Positions 24,374 through 25,465 of a DNA stretch of 25,465 nucleotides are shown here, one piece after another. The first letter of the stretch is position 1; each line of letters begins with the position of its first letter. This DNA comes from a virus (lineage: Duplodnaviria > Caudoviricetes): IMG/VR virus record IMGVR_UViG_3300006868_000094, positions 1-25,465 of that record; one strand, written 5' to 3'. Position numbers and translations under genes: made by a program. A model generated the notes under the pieces. That model searched no databases and was not told where the DNA came from. It saw only the letters and a list, made by a program, of their open reading frames with translations.

Positions 24374-24721
24374 ATGTTAACATGGTTGGGAAAACTACTA
24401 GGCATTACACCAGCTGATGCACCAAGCGAACCAATGCCGGTTCCGACACCAGCACCAGCACCAGCACCAAAGCCTAAGGCTGAAAAGAAACCAGCGGCTA
24501 AAAAAGCAGCACCAAAGGCAAAAGCAGAAGCAAAGCCTAAGGCTGAAAAGAAACCAGCGGCAGCAGTTAAAAAACCAGCGGCTAAAAAAGCAGCAAAGAA
24601 AGATGACGGTTTAGACGTAATGAATAAACGTGATCTTCTAGCCCTTGCTAAGGAAAAGGGTGTTAAAGCCAATGCCAGTATGAACAAAGATGCTGTTATT
24701 AAGGCAATTAGGTCCGCTTAA
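24374..24721 (+). CDS. Histone H1-like Lys/Ala/Pro-rich protein with a C-terminal helix-extension-helix (Rho-N/LEM-like) domain
   Basis: AAGGAG Shine-Dalgarno; PKAEKKPAAKKAA repeats; C-terminal LDVMNKRDLLALAKEKGVKANASMNKDAVIKAI. Confidence 0.75.
   Translation: MLTWLGKLLGITPADAPSEPMPVPTPAPAPAPKPKAEKKPAAKKAAPKAKAEAKPKAEKKPAAAVKKPAAKKAAKKDDGLDVMNKRDLLALAKEKGVKANASMNKDAVIKAIRSA
24468..24595. repeat. Coding tandem duplications
   Basis: 31-bp exact repeat CAAAGCCTAAGGCTGAAAAGAAACCAGCGGC at 24468-24498 and 24531-24561; 24-bp repeat at 24488-24511 and 24572-24595. Confidence 0.85.
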
Positions 24722-24998
24722 TTAAGTTTCTAATAGTAGTCAGTTCTGACTCTTGGCGAGTAGTCTTACGTTCTAATACGTTAATGGCTGCTCGCATTTT
24801 TTTCTGTTGATCCTCAAGGCTACGCACATATGCTTGTGTTGGTATCTCTTGTGTGGATCCATCTTCTGCAATAATTTTATAAGAATCAGCGCCCTGCGCT
24901 CTAAGGCCGCCAGTAACTCTGTTTGGGTTTTTATCCGAGGACGGTGTCTCTAGTGTCTTGCTCTTCCGACCGTACATGCTGCTCAAGTAATTGCTCAT
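24708..24998 (-). CDS. Hypothetical protein with a C-terminal coiled coil (96 aa)
   Basis: ORF-track frame; likely start MSNYLSSMY (AAGGA upstream); KNPNRVTGGLRAQG motif. Confidence 0.75.
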   Translation of the reverse strand: MSNYLSSMYGRKSKTLETPSSDKNPNRVTGGLRAQGADSYKIIAEDGSTQEIPTQAYVRSLEDQQKKMRAAINVLERKTTRQESELTTIRNLIKRT

Positions 24999-25465
24999 TA
25001 TCTTTTCCTTCATTGTATTTATAAAGGCCAATGCTTGCTAAGTTCTTACATTTGGATTCTACCATAATGTCAGCGTAGGGTAAAAATCTTAATGCCCAAT
25101 CATTAACCGCAGTATTCCACATGTAGTCACTGTGTGCTCGCATCTTTGCTTTCTTGTAGCCTTGCTCTAGCAATGCTTGAAAGTCAGGCTTTGTGTCTGG
25201 ACGTTGATCAACAAGACAGTCTTCACGGCTTACACTGTAATGTATTGCAGGACGCACGCCACGCCAACTGTTAATGATTCTCTTAAATCTATCATCTGTT
25301 GGTTCAATATATTCGCCTCCACTATTACACCAGTGGTGATGAATGTCTAGAACCAACGCCACATCTTTCTCCAAACACAAGGATGCATCGATTCCCCATT
25401 TGTTTTCGTCGTTCTCGATAGTGATACAATTACGGGCTTCGGGGGTGAGTCGTTTAAGTGCGGCT
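24931..25465 (-). CDS. uvsE: UV-damage endonuclease UvsE/UVDE (partial; 5' end beyond the window)
   Basis: The frame is open to the window edge (...ARNCITIENDENKWG...). Motifs LVLDIHHHW, PAIHYS, RAHSDY, DIMVESKCKNLA. Confidence 0.9.
   Translation of the reverse strand, partial: AALKRLTPEARNCITIENDENKWGIDASLCLEKDVALVLDIHHHWCNSGGEYIEPTDDRFKRIINSWRGVRPAIHYSVSREDCLVDQRPDTKPDFQALLEQGYKKAKMRAHSDYMWNTAVNDWALRFLPYADIMVESKCKNLASIGLYKYNEGKDNEQLLEQHVRSEEQDTRDTVLG

Noticed and set aside
24334-24687. Minus-strand hydrophobic 117-aa ORF and the alternate-frame 24417-24614 (HQHQHQ) ORF
   Set aside because: Both are by-products of the Lys/Ala/Pro repeats of 24374-24721, which has the Shine-Dalgarno and a recognisable domain.
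1-25465. tRNA, rRNA, introns, transposases, diversity-generating retroelement, alternative genetic code
   Set aside because: Intergenic gaps are short with no cloverleaf. No reverse transcriptase or template/variable repeat pair was seen. Long ORFs are intact under the standard code, with TAA, TGA and TAG all used as stops.

Overview
This is a gene-dense, AT-rich fragment of a large dsDNA tailed phage (myovirus-like), almost all on the minus strand. It probably infects a marine alphaproteobacterium; this is inferred from host-like FdxA, IscA and cytochrome aa3 subunit IV-like genes. Positions 1-10.2 kb hold early/middle genes: a partial 7Fe ferredoxin, an RFC/gp44-type clamp loader, many small membrane or hypothetical proteins, two MazG-like pyrophosphatases, a DEDDh exonuclease, a SWIM Zn-finger protein, a PD-(D/E)xK-like + ParB-like + beta-class DNA methyltransferase block, GroES and a stand-alone DnaE fragment. 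Positions 10.2-23.4 kb hold virion baseplate and tail-fibre genes, including a 2822-aa protein with a C-terminal autocleaving chaperone-type domain. Positions 23.4-25.5 kb hold IscA, a Zn-finger protein, a holin-like membrane protein, a histone-like protein and a partial UvsE. Two promoter classes are visible (sigma70 TTGACA-17-TAnnnT and a late-type (A/T/G)TAAATA motif), and several transcripts look leaderless. I saw no tRNA, rRNA, CRISPR array or transposase. All family calls come from motif recognition by eye, not from database searches.
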